This document shows, in pieces, positions 25,920 to 36,628 of a DNA stretch of 62,183 nucleotides (within the stretch, counting starts at the first letter, position 1; each line of letters begins with the position of its first letter). Position numbers and translations under genes: made by a program. Location: positions 1-62,183 of the forward strand of contig CAMRCO010000001.1 of assembly GCA_947040945.1 (NCBI GenBank), in the 5' to 3' direction. Origin of the DNA: an uncultured Spirochaetia bacterium (GTDB lineage Bacteria > Spirochaetota > Brachyspiria > Brachyspirales > Brachyspiraceae). The notes below the pieces were generated by a model. It was given only the letters and a program-made list of their open reading frames with translations, had not been told where the DNA came from and ran no database searches.

Positions 25920-28301
25920 CTACTTCATATTAATTACTTTCTCAGCTATACCAAGGAAAGCTTGAATTTTTGGGCTAAACGCAACAATTGCACCCGCAAA
26001 CACAACACTTATCATACTCATAAGTTTTATTAATATGTTTAAGCTAGGTCCAGATGTATCCTTAAATGGGTCACCAACAGTGTCACCTATAACAGCAGCA
26101 CTATGATTAGGATTTGGACTACCATCAGGAAGCTTTTTGCCACCAAGATTACCAGCCTCTATATACTTTTTAGCATTATCCCATGATCCACCCGCATTAC
26201 TCATCATAACAGCCATTGAGAATCCAGCAGTAAGTCCACCAACTAGAACACCTATAACAGCAGGTACTCCTAGTATTAAACCAACACCAACTGGAACTAT
26301 GATTGCTAGAAAAGAAGGTAGTATCATCTCTTGTTGTGCACTTTTTGTACATATATCAACAGCTTTAGGATAGTCAGCTTCAACACCTTCTTTGCCTTCT
26401 AGAAGACCAGGTATTTCTCTAAACTGACGTCTTACCTCTTCAACTACTCCAGCTGCAGCACGTCCAACAGCTTTCATTGTTAAGGCACAAAAGAAAAATA
26501 CAAGCATCGCACCAAGGAACATTCCAACTAGAACCTTAGGATTCATCAAGTGAACATTGAAAGCTTGCATAAACTCATTTATATTAAGGTCATAAACTAT
26601 TTTTTCCATTAATGCCTTAGGTGTTTCAGCTGAAAAGCGTGTTGAACCAACATCAATGCTTGTAAGATTGTCATTTGTAACAATTCTACCTAAAGAAGTT
26701 TTAACCTCTTCAATATATGCTGCAATTAAAGCCATAGCAGTTAAAGCCGCACTACCAATAGCAAAACCTTTACCAGTAGCCGCTGTAGTGTTACCTAAAG
26801 AGTCAAGAGCATCAGTACGCTCTCTAACCTCTTTTGGAAGTCCTGACATCTCAGCATTACCACCAGCATTGTCAGCTATAGGCCCATAAGCATCAGTCGC
26901 AAGTGTTATACCTAATGTAGAAAGCATACCAACAGAGGCAAGTGCTATACCATAAAGTCCTTGAGCAAAGCTTCCTGCTTCACCAGCAAAACCACCAGCA
27001 AAACCAAATGCTAACATAATAGAAAAAACAACTGTAACAACAGGTATTAAAGTAGATTGCATACCTATAGCAAGTCCACCAATAATTATTGTGGCAGCTC
27101 CTGTTTTAGACTGATCAGCTAACCACTTAGTAGGTTTATATTCAGTTGCTGTGTAATATTCTGTAAAATATCCAATAACATTACCTGCAACCAAACCTAT
27201 AACTATAGCAGCAAATATACCTAAATTATTTGGAAGTAAAGTTTTAACTAAGAAGAAAGACACAACTAAAATAATAACTCCACTAATATATACGCCAACT
27301 CTAAGTGCCTTTAATAATTCACCCATAGTAGCATTTTCTTTTGTTCTAACAAAAAATACACCTATAACTGAAGAAAGTGTACCGATTGCTGAAAGCAACA
27401 TAGGAATAGATACTGCATAAAGAGGATTGACATCAGGATTAATTTTTCCAAAAGCCGCACTACCTAAACTCATAGCTGCAAGTATTGAACCTGCATAAGA
27501 CTCATAAAGGTCAGCTCCCATTCCAGCAACGTCTCCCACATTGTCGCCAACATTGTCAGCAATAACAGCAGGATTTCTAGGGTCATCTTCAGGTATTCCT
27601 GCCTCTACCTTACCAACTAAGTCAGCACCAACATCAGCAGCCTTGGTAAAAATACCACCGCCAACACGTGCGAACAAAGCTTGAAAAGAAGCGCCAACAC
27701 CAAAACTAAGCATAGTAGTTGTTATAAAATGCATTTTTATATTGACATATTCAGCAGACCCTCTAGACATATCAGCCACCATTAAAAAATCAGTTCCAAA
27801 CCAGCTTTTGTCAAGCCAATTATTTAATACTATAAACCAAACTGATATATCAAACAAAGCAAGTCCTACAACTGTAAGACCCATAACAGCACCAGACCTA
27901 AACGCTATTTGAAGCCCTTTATTTAAAGACTTACCAGCAGCATGAGCTGTTCGAGCTGACGCATAAGTTGCCGTCTTCATGCCTAAGAAGCCTGAAAGTC
28001 CTGACAAAAAACCACCAGTAAGAAACGCAAAAGGTACAAACGGATTTTGAACCTTAAGTGCATAAGCTAATATACAAAATAATATAAAAGCACCAACAAA
28101 AAATACCCCAACAACTTTATATTGTTGCTTTAGGTAAGCTATTGCCCCAACACGTACGTGCAAGGCTATTTCTTTCATTCTCTCAGTTCCTTCATTTTGC
28201 CTTTTCATCCATCTATAGAAATAGAGAGCAAAGCATAAAGTAAGTAAAGCTGTAGATAGTGTAAACCATCTAGCATTTTCCGCCAAAACAGAATATTCCA
28301 T
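25920..28301 (-). CDS. hppA: membrane-bound pyrophosphate-energised cation pump (H+/Na+-PPase)
   Basis: 793 aa, about 16 TM. Motifs [23 protein letters not shown] and [23 protein letters not shown] (Ala, not Lys) suggests the K+-dependent subfamily (inference). Confidence 0.95.
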   Translation of the reverse strand: MEYSVLAENARWFTLSTALLTLCFALYFYRWMKRQNEGTERMKEIALHVRVGAIAYLKQQYKVVGVFFVGAFILFCILAYALKVQNPFVPFAFLTGGFLSGLSGFLGMKTATYASARTAHAAGKSLNKGLQIAFRSGAVMGLTVVGLALFDISVWFIVLNNWLDKSWFGTDFLMVADMSRGSAEYVNIKMHFITTTMLSFGVGASFQALFARVGGGIFTKAADVGADLVGKVEAGIPEDDPRNPAVIADNVGDNVGDVAGMGADLYESYAGSILAAMSLGSAAFGKINPDVNPLYAVSIPMLLSAIGTLSSVIGVFFVRTKENATMGELLKALRVGVYISGVIILVVSFFLVKTLLPNNLGIFAAIVIGLVAGNVIGYFTEYYTATEYKPTKWLADQSKTGAATIIIGGLAIGMQSTLIPVVTVVFSIMLAFGFAGGFAGEAGSFAQGLYGIALASVGMLSTLGITLATDAYGPIADNAGGNAEMSGLPKEVRERTDALDSLGNTTAATGKGFAIGSAALTAMALIAAYIEEVKTSLGRIVTNDNLTSIDVGSTRFSAETPKALMEKIVYDLNINEFMQAFNVHLMNPKVLVGMFLGAMLVFFFCALTMKAVGRAAAGVVEEVRRQFREIPGLLEGKEGVEADYPKAVDICTKSAQQEMILPSFLAIIVPVGVGLILGVPAVIGVLVGGLTAGFSMAVMMSNAGGSWDNAKKYIEAGNLGGKKLPDGSPNPNHSAAVIGDTVGDPFKDTSGPSLNILIKLMSMISVVFAGAIVAFSPKIQAFLGIAEKVINMK

Positions 28302-28577
28302 AATTTTATCCTAATATTGAATTTGAGCAATTTTCCACAAAATATCTAATAATATTACTATCATTTAAATAAATAGTCAAATTTAAATATTAATCAAAAT
28401 ATTTATTAAATTACGAATTAGAATAAAATATTAGAAATATTTTTATTCTATGCTAGTCTCTTGTAGTTGATAAATATTTATACAAATTATAAACTATATA
28501 AATATAATGCATACTTTCTTTTTAGATGATTTTAATATATTATTTACATTGATATTTTTAAGTTTGGAGAATTTACT

Positions 28578-30110
28578 ATGAACTCTATTAGTTTTGTAGA
28601 CTATATAAAATATACGTTTTTTAATGTTAGAGAGCCTGAAGTTGTTGAAAAAGTAAAGCTTAATGCTCTCGCTAAAGTTCTATCTAAACACAAACATAAT
28701 TTTATCGATTTCAAAACTGGTCAAATTAATGCTGAATGTGCTAAGTTCATTTACGAAATGTATAAAGCTATACATCCTTTTTTAGCTCCACTTAAAGAAG
28801 ATTTTTCTGAAAAATCATCAAAAAGATTTTCATATTACCTAATAGAATCAGAGTTTTCTGAAGAACAAAAAAACCTTGTAAAGTTATCTAGTAGTGAATA
28901 TATTCTAGATCAACTAACTAAAGAAAAGAAGTCAAATATAGTTTTTACTAATGCCAAAAATTTATTTGTAAAATTTAGAGATAGTATAGATAATAATAAA
29001 AGTCAAAAAACTGAAATAAATCTTAAATTTAGTTTACTTAAAGATTTTTCTGAAATACTTAATTTTGACTTTTTTATGTTCTTAAAATTATTTAATCCTA
29101 ACTTTGTAGAAGGTAATAGTAAAATTTCAAATTCATTTGTTAATACATACGACATTAATGCGATAGATGATTTAACAAAACTTCATACTGCTATTGAAAC
29201 CATAACAATAAGAAAAGAACTCATATCTGTATTAAGTACATATAGTAAATATAGAGGACTAAGTGGAACACCTGATAAAAATATTAAAATATTTCTATCA
29301 GCTATGAAATACCTAAAAACATCTAACTTTTTATCTGACACTATCACTTATTTACTTAAAGACTTTAAATATGTCTATAGACCTAAGTTTTCTAATGTAG
29401 ATATTTATATTCCATATATATCTAATCTTACAAAAACATTTAAAAGTGAAATAGAAACTATTATTAGAGGAATAAAAAGAAATGAATCCTCATCTATAAG
29501 AAATAATTTATTTTCAGGTATAGAAATAACTAAACTTGTTAACATCAACAACGAAATAAATACTTCTTTAATAGTTTATGAATTACCATATTTTGAATTT
29601 ATAGATTGCTTAGAATATATAAAAACATTTTCTACAGAAATTTATATTAAATTCTATAGAGAAGGACTAAATGAACTATTTCTTGCTTTAGAGTTTATAA
29701 ATAAAGAAAGAAGCACAAATGCTTTTGATGCATTTTATATTTTAGAAGATGCAAAAAATAATATTGATATTATTGATTCTGAAATGAGTCCTCAATCTGA
29801 AAATCGTAAAAAATTAAAATTATTATTATCATCAAAAAATAAAGCTATATCAAATAGGGACTCAATAGATTCAATAATTTCAAATATTAATAATAAATCT
29901 AATGATATATTAGTTAATGTTTATAATTCGGCAATAGACATAACAACAATTATAAAAAACATATCAGAAGACTATAAAAATAATACTAAAATAGAAGTAG
30001 AAAATGCAAGTAAAATAAACTCTTTACATGATTTCGATATAGAAATAGCCACTAGAATTTTACATGATTTTGATTTGTTTATATCGTTACTAAAAAACTT
30101 TATTAGGTAA
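28578..30110 (+). CDS. hypothetical protein (510 aa, K/N/I-rich, no family recognised)
   Basis: Long intact ORF with ggag SD. 4-bp gap to the downstream membrane gene. Confidence 0.5.
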   Translation: MNSISFVDYIKYTFFNVREPEVVEKVKLNALAKVLSKHKHNFIDFKTGQINAECAKFIYEMYKAIHPFLAPLKEDFSEKSSKRFSYYLIESEFSEEQKNLVKLSSSEYILDQLTKEKKSNIVFTNAKNLFVKFRDSIDNNKSQKTEINLKFSLLKDFSEILNFDFFMFLKLFNPNFVEGNSKISNSFVNTYDINAIDDLTKLHTAIETITIRKELISVLSTYSKYRGLSGTPDKNIKIFLSAMKYLKTSNFLSDTITYLLKDFKYVYRPKFSNVDIYIPYISNLTKTFKSEIETIIRGIKRNESSSIRNNLFSGIEITKLVNINNEINTSLIVYELPYFEFIDCLEYIKTFSTEIYIKFYREGLNELFLALEFINKERSTNAFDAFYILEDAKNNIDIIDSEMSPQSENRKKLKLLLSSKNKAISNRDSIDSIISNINNKSNDILVNVYNSAIDITTIIKNISEDYKNNTKIEVENASKINSLHDFDIEIATRILHDFDLFISLLKNFIR

Positions 30111-30114
30111 AACT

Positions 30115-31113
30115 ATGAAAAAAAATAAAAAATTAATCTATATAATACTTGGTATACTTATAAGCATAGTTTCACTATATTATGCATTTAGAGGTATCGA
30201 TTTAGAAAAATCAATTGAAATAATAAAAAATGTAGATATTAAATATGTAATTTTTTCAGCAATTGTTTCTAATGCAATTATCCCAATAAGGGCTATAAGA
30301 TGGGACTGTTTTATCCCAATAAGAAAAAAAATAAAAAAATCTAGCCTTATAGCATCAGTTTATATAGGATACATGTGTAATAATATATTCCCAGCTAAAC
30401 TAGGAGAGGTTATTCGTGCCTATACTCTCGGACAAAAGGAAGATATTAACAAAGCAAGTATACTCGCAAGCGTTGTTACTGAAAGGCTTTTTGATGTTAT
30501 TACAGGTGTTATAATGCTTTCACTTTCTGTAATATTTATACCTACACTTCCAAAAACTATTCTTTATATTGCAATATTTGTTTCTTCTATTTCAGCAGTA
30601 GGCGTTTTAGTACTTGTACTTTTAGTTTCAAAACAAGTATTTGCATTTGGTATATTAGAAAAAATACTTAAAATTCTACCTAAAAACTTTGCAATAAAAA
30701 TACTTGAAATCGCAAAAAACTTTGTCTCAGGCATTGGCTTTAAGAATGATAAATTACATATATCACTTTCTATTGTTTATACTATTTTATACTGGTTTGG
30801 ACAATCTATAGCATGCCTTTTAATGCTTAAAGCATTTAGCATTGAAAGCTCTTTCCCACTTGCAATATTTGTAATCGCATCAACAGGCTTTGGTTTTGCT
30901 ATACCATCTGCTCCAAGTGGTGTAGGGCCATTTGAGTGGGTAATAATATTCGCCCTCACACAAGTTGGAATTGACAGAACATTAGCCGCATCATTTGCCA
31001 TAATGTACCACATGATTGGTATTTTACCTATAATGGTTTTAGGATTCATATCAACATTATTCTTGGGTATCAACTTAAAGTCGGCAACCAAAAATAAACT
31101 TGAAAATAATTAA
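30115..31113 (+). CDS. UPF0104 / lysyl-phosphatidylglycerol-synthase-TM-region (flippase-like) membrane protein
   Basis: 332 aa, about 8 TM. N-terminus KKLIYIILGILISIVSLYYAFRGIDLEKSIEIIKN and FPAKLGEVIRAY fit the LPG_synthase_TM family pattern. Confidence 0.65.
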   Translation: MKKNKKLIYIILGILISIVSLYYAFRGIDLEKSIEIIKNVDIKYVIFSAIVSNAIIPIRAIRWDCFIPIRKKIKKSSLIASVYIGYMCNNIFPAKLGEVIRAYTLGQKEDINKASILASVVTERLFDVITGVIMLSLSVIFIPTLPKTILYIAIFVSSISAVGVLVLVLLVSKQVFAFGILEKILKILPKNFAIKILEIAKNFVSGIGFKNDKLHISLSIVYTILYWFGQSIACLLMLKAFSIESSFPLAIFVIASTGFGFAIPSAPSGVGPFEWVIIFALTQVGIDRTLAASFAIMYHMIGILPIMVLGFISTLFLGINLKSATKNKLENN

Positions 31114-31238
31114 TCTACAAACTCTTTAACAATTTCACCAGCTATTTCATTTATAGCATTGTCGATATATTTTTTGTCTTTGAGTCTTCTTTTATAAAGA
31201 TCAATTTTTCTTGGGTCTATTACAACAGCAGTTTTCAT
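31110..31238 (-). CDS. candidate 42-aa small ORF at the end of the rnhB...yraN operon
   Basis: MKTAVVIDPRKIDLYKRRLKDKKYIDNAINEIAGEIVKEFVD. An agga SD overlaps the yraN stop codon, 8 nt before the ATG. Not in the ORF track. Confidence 0.3.
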   Translation of the reverse strand: MKTAVVIDPRKIDLYKRRLKDKKYIDNAINEIAGEIVKEFVD

Positions 31239-31248
31239 TTAATTGATC

Positions 31249-31623
31249 CTAAATAAAAATATTTTCTACAAAAGATATATCACGACAATTTATAGAATCA
31301 TCTATAAGTACTGCCGAAAATAAACATTCTGTGTTTAAGTTACTACGAGTTTCTACAAGATACTCCTCAGCAACTTCGTAAAGTTTAGATTTTTTATGCT
31401 CACTAATAGCATGAGCTGAATAACCAAAACATCCTTGTCGTCTGTATTTTACTTCAACAAACACAATAACAACTCCTTTTGTCATTATGATATCAATCTC
31501 ACCACTACCCCTTCTCTTAGGTTTCCAGTTCCTTTCCAAAAGAATATAGCCTAAGTCCTCTAAGTACTTAACGGCAATATCTTCACCAACATTACCAATT
31601 TCTTTTGTGTTTTTTAACTCCAT
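31249..31623 (-). CDS. yraN: YraN family (UPF0102) endonuclease-like protein
   Basis: 124 aa. GEDIAVKYLEDLGYILLERNW...GEIDIIM...VFVEVKYR. Confidence 0.8.
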   Translation of the reverse strand: MELKNTKEIGNVGEDIAVKYLEDLGYILLERNWKPKRRGSGEIDIIMTKGVVIVFVEVKYRRQGCFGYSAHAISEHKKSKLYEVAEEYLVETRSNLNTECLFSAVLIDDSINCRDISFVENIFI

Positions 31624-31634
31624 AAAGTAGCCTT

Positions 31635-32816
31635 CTATAACTCTAACATGAAATCAACACCGAAAAACTCTTCTTGAGCATGCTTCAAAAATATAGGATT
31701 AGTTTCAATCTGTTTTATATAAACATCTCTATAATCAAGTAAATTAATACTTTCTCCATCTTTAACGAAACTCTCATCCGCATCAGACACTATTTTTATA
31801 AGTGGTCTCATAGGATAATTCCTATTAGTAAAAAATACCAATCCTCTCCTGTTGTCATTTAGTATAACAATACTACCTACAGGATATAAGCTTATAACAT
31901 TTACAAAAACTTTAACTATTCTAGGATCAAACTTACTAGGAGACTCACGCATTATTTCTCTAATAGCTTCAGAGAGGGAAATTCTAGTTCTAAAATGAAC
32001 ATTAAAATTCCTAAGCATCCCCTCCATAGCTTGAGCAATAGCAACTATTCTAGAATATACGTCAATTTGACTTTCAGATAAACTTCTAGGATAACCTTTA
32101 CCACTATAGTATTCATGATGACTAAGAGCAACAACTGCTATCTCTTCATCAAATCTTAAAATATTTTTAATTATTTTATATCCATAAACAGTATGCTTTT
32201 TCATATCTACATACTCATCTTTACTAAGAGATCCAAACTTATTTAAAATATTCTCAGGTATTTTTATCATACCAATATCGTATAAAAGACCTCCAAGACC
32301 AATTTGTCTTATTTGCTCATTATCAAGTTTAAGCGAATTTGCTATCATCATCGATATCATTGACACATTAACAAGCCTAACATAAAACTCAGTTTCTTTT
32401 TTATAAGTTTGTATATTAAGTATATTAAGTATGCTAGTAGAGTTATGTGTCGACATATCATACAAATTGTTTACTATTGTATTAAAATCAGACTTTTGTG
32501 CAAAATTTGTTTTCTTAAAATTTAGGATAGTAGTCTTCGTTGTTTCTACACAATTAAAGTATATTTTTGAAAACATTTTATACTCATTTAAAAATGTGTC
32601 AAAATCATATTCTATACTATTGTTAGCAATATCAGTGTTAGAATTTTTATCTAAATATACTCCATGAATATCCCACTTACTAAGCATTTCTGCATAGTCT
32701 TTCGAAAATGGTATATATTTGCTTTTAGCCAAAATATCATTCTCAAGATAAACATCCTTATTATTATAATCTTCTTCAGATAAATCTGAAGTTTTAAAAA
32801 AATCATATTTAGGCAT
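31635..32816 (-). CDS. HD-GYP domain protein (predicted c-di-GMP phosphodiesterase) with an unassigned N-terminal domain
   Basis: 393 aa. LLYDIGMIKIP, KKHTVYGYKI, HHEYYSGKGYPRSL. Confidence 0.8.
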   Translation of the reverse strand: MPKYDFFKTSDLSEEDYNNKDVYLENDILAKSKYIPFSKDYAEMLSKWDIHGVYLDKNSNTDIANNSIEYDFDTFLNEYKMFSKIYFNCVETTKTTILNFKKTNFAQKSDFNTIVNNLYDMSTHNSTSILNILNIQTYKKETEFYVRLVNVSMISMMIANSLKLDNEQIRQIGLGGLLYDIGMIKIPENILNKFGSLSKDEYVDMKKHTVYGYKIIKNILRFDEEIAVVALSHHEYYSGKGYPRSLSESQIDVYSRIVAIAQAMEGMLRNFNVHFRTRISLSEAIREIMRESPSKFDPRIVKVFVNVISLYPVGSIVILNDNRRGLVFFTNRNYPMRPLIKIVSDADESFVKDGESINLLDYRDVYIKQIETNPIFLKHAQEEFFGVDFMLEL

Positions 32817-32821
32817 TGTTA

Positions 32822-33088
32822 CTATTTATCAACCTTTAATTTATATATATTAGAAAGTATCACACTAACAGCTTCATACAATGAATATGGTATCTCATCT
32901 CCAATATTAAGCTCCATTAAAGATGAAAAAGACTCTCCATCTTCTACAATAGGTATATTATTTTTTCTAGCTATTTCTAACATTTTTAATACTAGAGCAT
33001 CATCCGCTTTAGAAATAACAACAGGAGCATTATGAATATCTTTGTCATACTTAAGAGCCAAAGCCCCTTTTTTATTCTTTTTTTCCAT
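32822..33088 (-). CDS. FlhB C-terminal-domain-like small protein (YlqH-like)
   Basis: 88 aa. ALALKYDKDIHNAPVVISKADDALVLKMLEIARKNNIPIVED...LYEAVSVIL matches the EscU/FlhB C-terminal fold family. Confidence 0.8.
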   Translation of the reverse strand: MEKKNKKGALALKYDKDIHNAPVVISKADDALVLKMLEIARKNNIPIVEDGESFSSLMELNIGDEIPYSLYEAVSVILSNIYKLKVDK

Positions 33089-34175
33089 AGCTATACTCCA
33101 ACTCTATAGATATACCATATTTTTTTTCAATAGCATATATAGCAATACGAACATCATCTCTTATACTAGAATAATCATTATATAACTTTTCTGTATAAAA
33201 ACATATTGAAATATTAAACCCAAACTCATCTAAATTATATATCTTTATATCAAAAAATAATAACTCATCATCACAAACTCTAAATATAAAAGTTTTTTTA
33301 GACTCATCGCCATCCAATCCATCTACAAACATATTAACTTCTAATAATTTACCCTCTATCATAAATGGTATTGGAAATAAGTAAACATTTTCCTTAAAAA
33401 ACTTACTTTTTTTATTTAAAGCAAGAAGTTTGCAAAATAAAATATTAGAGTTAGTATCTAAATCTTTATGAAGCTTTTCAAAGAGCATAAGCCATAAACT
33501 CATATTACCATTTTTTAGTAAATACTCACTTAAGTCTTTAGCATCAATATTACCATTTAAAACGGGAACACTGAGCATACTAATATCATCGGAATTAAAA
33601 TGACTTTTATTATCACTTTTTATATTTTCAAAAATACTCTTAAATATAAGAGCATTAAATATTTTCCTAAACTCATCAACTGTAAAATAAACTTCTTTAG
33701 ACATAGCTGTAAATATAAATCTATGTTCAATATTATTTAAATGTGGTAAATGTTTTAATATTGTCTCTAAATATAAAATATTTTTGCTGTTCCCTTTAAG
33801 ACCCGCATCAATTAGCATATTAAATATTTCTTTTGAAAGCCCAACATTTCCTTTTATAATTACACTGTCAATATAATTATCTTTGTCACCTTTAATAACG
33901 CTCAGCATAACTTGATCATTAATGCTTACAACTTTAGCAAAGCCCTCATCAGAAATATTTTTACCCATATTAGCGAGTAGTTTTTTACCCATAATTCTTA
34001 CTAATGCTTTCTCATTATCAATTCGACGAATAATACTATATGGTAATATATCACCTTCTTTAATTGTTTTTTTATTATCAGGTATAATATATTTTATATT
34101 AAAAAAGTTCTTGCCTATATACATCTTTATACTTAAGTGGTGCAAATGTAAGCCTGTGCTCTCCTGTCGCACCAT
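33072..34175 (-). CDS. hypothetical protein in the position of ylqG
   Basis: ORF of 367 aa. The true start is probably ATG 34124 (MYIGKN...), which reduces the overlap with rnhB. No family recognised. Confidence 0.5.
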   Translation of the reverse strand: MVRQESTGLHLHHLSIKMYIGKNFFNIKYIIPDNKKTIKEGDILPYSIIRRIDNEKALVRIMGKKLLANMGKNISDEGFAKVVSINDQVMLSVIKGDKDNYIDSVIIKGNVGLSKEIFNMLIDAGLKGNSKNILYLETILKHLPHLNNIEHRFIFTAMSKEVYFTVDEFRKIFNALIFKSIFENIKSDNKSHFNSDDISMLSVPVLNGNIDAKDLSEYLLKNGNMSLWLMLFEKLHKDLDTNSNILFCKLLALNKKSKFFKENVYLFPIPFMIEGKLLEVNMFVDGLDGDESKKTFIFRVCDDELLFFDIKIYNLDEFGFNISICFYTEKLYNDYSSIRDDVRIAIYAIEKKYGISIELEYSYGKKE

Positions 34176-34719
34176 ATTTTTCTATTGCTAAAATATGCTC
34201 TTTTGTACCATATCCTTTATTTTTTTCAAGTCCATAATTTTTATATTCTTTAGCATACTCATTCATCATATTATCACGAACAACTTTTGCTATAATACTT
34301 GCGGCAGCTATTGAATACGACTTACTGTCCCCTTTAATAATAGAACATTCTTTTATACGAGTATTAAGCTTCATCGCATCAATAAGTAGTACATCAGGAG
34401 TAACACTTAAAGCATTAACGGCATTAATCATAGAAAGCTTTGTAGCATTATAGATATTAATTTTATCAATAATAGATGCTTCTACCGAATAAACTGAATA
34501 AGCTATACATTTACTTAAAATTAAATTATATAGATTTTCTCTTTTTTTAGATGTTAATTTTTTTGAATCATTAATCCCTTCTATGACTAAGTCATCATCT
34601 AAAGGCATTATTACAGCAGCAGACACAACAGAACCAAACAGCGAACCTCGCCCAACTTCATCAACACCGCATATAAGATTATAGCCTAAGCTTTTGTATT
34701 CATTTTCATAATAAAACAT
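34099..34719 (-). CDS. rnhB: ribonuclease HII
   Basis: ICGVDEVGRGSLFGSVVSAAV, NDSKKLT, GDSKSYSIAAASIIAKV, GYGT. Confidence 0.9.
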   Translation of the reverse strand: MFYYENEYKSLGYNLICGVDEVGRGSLFGSVVSAAVIMPLDDDLVIEGINDSKKLTSKKRENLYNLILSKCIAYSVYSVEASIIDKINIYNATKLSMINAVNALSVTPDVLLIDAMKLNTRIKECSIIKGDSKSYSIAAASIIAKVVRDNMMNEYAKEYKNYGLEKNKGYGTKEHILAIEKYGATGEHRLTFAPLKYKDVYRQELF

Positions 34720-34767
34720 ATAAGTACTTTGACATTATAATTAAAGTATGGTTAAATACAATATACT

Positions 34768-35301
34768 ATGAAATATTTTCTACTAATAATTTTGTTATTA
34801 ACAAGCTGTACAAAGTTTGATGAACCATTACCAAGCGTAGCTGATGACTTTGAAATTCCTCCAGATATGGAATTTTTCGGTTTCAAAAGAGAAAGTTATG
34901 TTACAAACTTTAAACAACTAGACTTATTTGCTACCAACGCTAAGTTTTATGATGGCAGACAAATGATAGAATTATACACTAATGATACATACACCTACGA
35001 AGCAGATGGAACTATAGCATCAAGTGCCTCAGCTCTTTTTACTACTGTAAGTCAAGCAACTCTATTTGTTACATTTTATACGAATGTCATACTTAAATTT
35101 TCAAATAACACAGTACTTCATACAGAATATTTAGAATGGGATAATAATAAAGAATTTTTTCAAACTCCTAAAGCTGTAAGAATAGAACAAGACAATGGAA
35201 ATTGGCTCACAGGGGTCGGTATGGAAGGAAATATGGGTATGGAAATTATAACAGTATATAATGAAGTTGATGAGGGAGAAGAAGGATTTGAAACTGAATA
35301 A
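34768..35301 (+). CDS. LptC-like lipoprotein
   Basis: 177 aa. Lipobox LLLTSC. A beta-rich pattern ending ...LEWDNNKEFFQTPKAVRIEQDNGNWLTGVGMEG resembles LptC. It sits upstream of an OstA-like gene. Confidence 0.45.
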   Translation: MKYFLLIILLLTSCTKFDEPLPSVADDFEIPPDMEFFGFKRESYVTNFKQLDLFATNAKFYDGRQMIELYTNDTYTYEADGTIASSASALFTTVSQATLFVTFYTNVILKFSNNTVLHTEYLEWDNNKEFFQTPKAVRIEQDNGNWLTGVGMEGNMGMEIITVYNEVDEGEEGFETE

Positions 35302-36628
35302 AACATTAGTTTTTCTAATTTTAATACTTACAGGAAGTGTATTGTTTTCGCAGTCAAGAAGAAGTGCTGATAAATTTGTATATAATAATAAAACCAAAAT
35401 ATTCACATATACAGGTAACTCAAAATTAGAAGATAAAGATGTTACTATAACAAGTTATTTAATGAAATTCTTTCGTGAAGAAGAAGTTGCTACTTTTAAT
35501 ACTAAAGTAATCATATTGTCTAAAGAAGATAATACACAAATACACTCAGGGTTTGTAAAGTATAATGCTAAAACAAAAATTGCTGGTATTACAAAAAATC
35601 CAATACTTATTTCTGAAGTAAATGATCTCACTATAAAAAGTAAATATATGAAACGAGATTTTAATACTCCTTTTGCTGAAGCTTTAACAAATGTAAAACT
35701 TAAACATATAAATGAGGAAGATAAAACTTTAACAGAAGGTTTTTCTGACAAAATGATTTATAACGTTGATACAGAAATAGCTTTACTTACAGGAGACCCT
35801 TACTTACTAAAAGATAAAGAAGATGAAATTTATGGTGAGGTTATAGAATACAATGCAAAACTAGATACAGCAAATGTTATAGGAGATGCCATCGCATATA
35901 TACTTCAAACAAATGAGATGGTAGACAATGGAGAAGATGAAGGCGACAATACTTTAAAAACAAATTATAATGTTATAACAGCGGATAGATTTTTTATGGA
36001 ACAACGTTCAGAAGAAAATGGTAATGCCAATATGCTTTATGCTTATGGAGATATTAAAGTAATGTTTCATGAAGAGAATATGATACTTAAAGGGGAGTAT
36101 GCAATTTACAATGTGGATAAAGAACACATGTTTATATATGATAACCCATCTATAAGAATACCTGACAAGAGTATAGTTGCTTTTGGTGAAGTAATAGAAT
36201 ATAAAAAAGAAAATGGATTTAAAGACATAATATTTCATAATGATGTTGTGCTTGTAAATTATGCTGATGGAGTTACACTTGAAGGAGACTTACTTCATCT
36301 AGACCCTGATACAAAAATAGCCACAGTAAGTCAAAATCCTTATGCGTACATTGAAAATAGACAGTATAAAATAGAATCTGTAAGTATACAAATGTTTGAT
36401 TCAAATGAAAAAATTAGAGCAAATGGAGACGTAAAAGTTTATAGTAAAGACCTTAATTCAAACAGTTCATGGCTTATATATTACAATAATATCAAAAAGA
36501 TAAAATTATGGGGAGGAAGACCTCTTATCGATAAAGATGATAGTATTATAACAGCAAGAGAAATAATATATGATCTTGATACTGAAGTCATAGAAGGAAG
36601 TATAGTTTCAGGTCAAATGCCAGACTAA
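35261..36628 (+). CDS. OstA/LptA-like repeat periplasmic protein
   Basis: 455 aa with a signal peptide. Repeated OstA-N-like beta segments (ADKFVYNNKTKIFTYTGNSKLEDKDVTITS; ADRFFMEQ...). Confidence 0.45.
   Translation: MKLMREKKDLKLNKTLVFLILILTGSVLFSQSRRSADKFVYNNKTKIFTYTGNSKLEDKDVTITSYLMKFFREEEVATFNTKVIILSKEDNTQIHSGFVKYNAKTKIAGITKNPILISEVNDLTIKSKYMKRDFNTPFAEALTNVKLKHINEEDKTLTEGFSDKMIYNVDTEIALLTGDPYLLKDKEDEIYGEVIEYNAKLDTANVIGDAIAYILQTNEMVDNGEDEGDNTLKTNYNVITADRFFMEQRSEENGNANMLYAYGDIKVMFHEENMILKGEYAIYNVDKEHMFIYDNPSIRIPDKSIVAFGEVIEYKKENGFKDIIFHNDVVLVNYADGVTLEGDLLHLDPDTKIATVSQNPYAYIENRQYKIESVSIQMFDSNEKIRANGDVKVYSKDLNSNSSWLIYYNNIKKIKLWGGRPLIDKDDSIITAREIIYDLDTEVIEGSIVSGQMPD

Noticed and set aside
34099-34175. 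A 77-bp overlap between rnhB and the downstream ORF, which might suggest overlapping coding or a frameshift.
   Set aside because: It is most simply an over-extended start in the ORF track. An in-frame ATG at 34124 (MYIGKN) reduces the overlap to 26 bp, which is ordinary for a packed operon.
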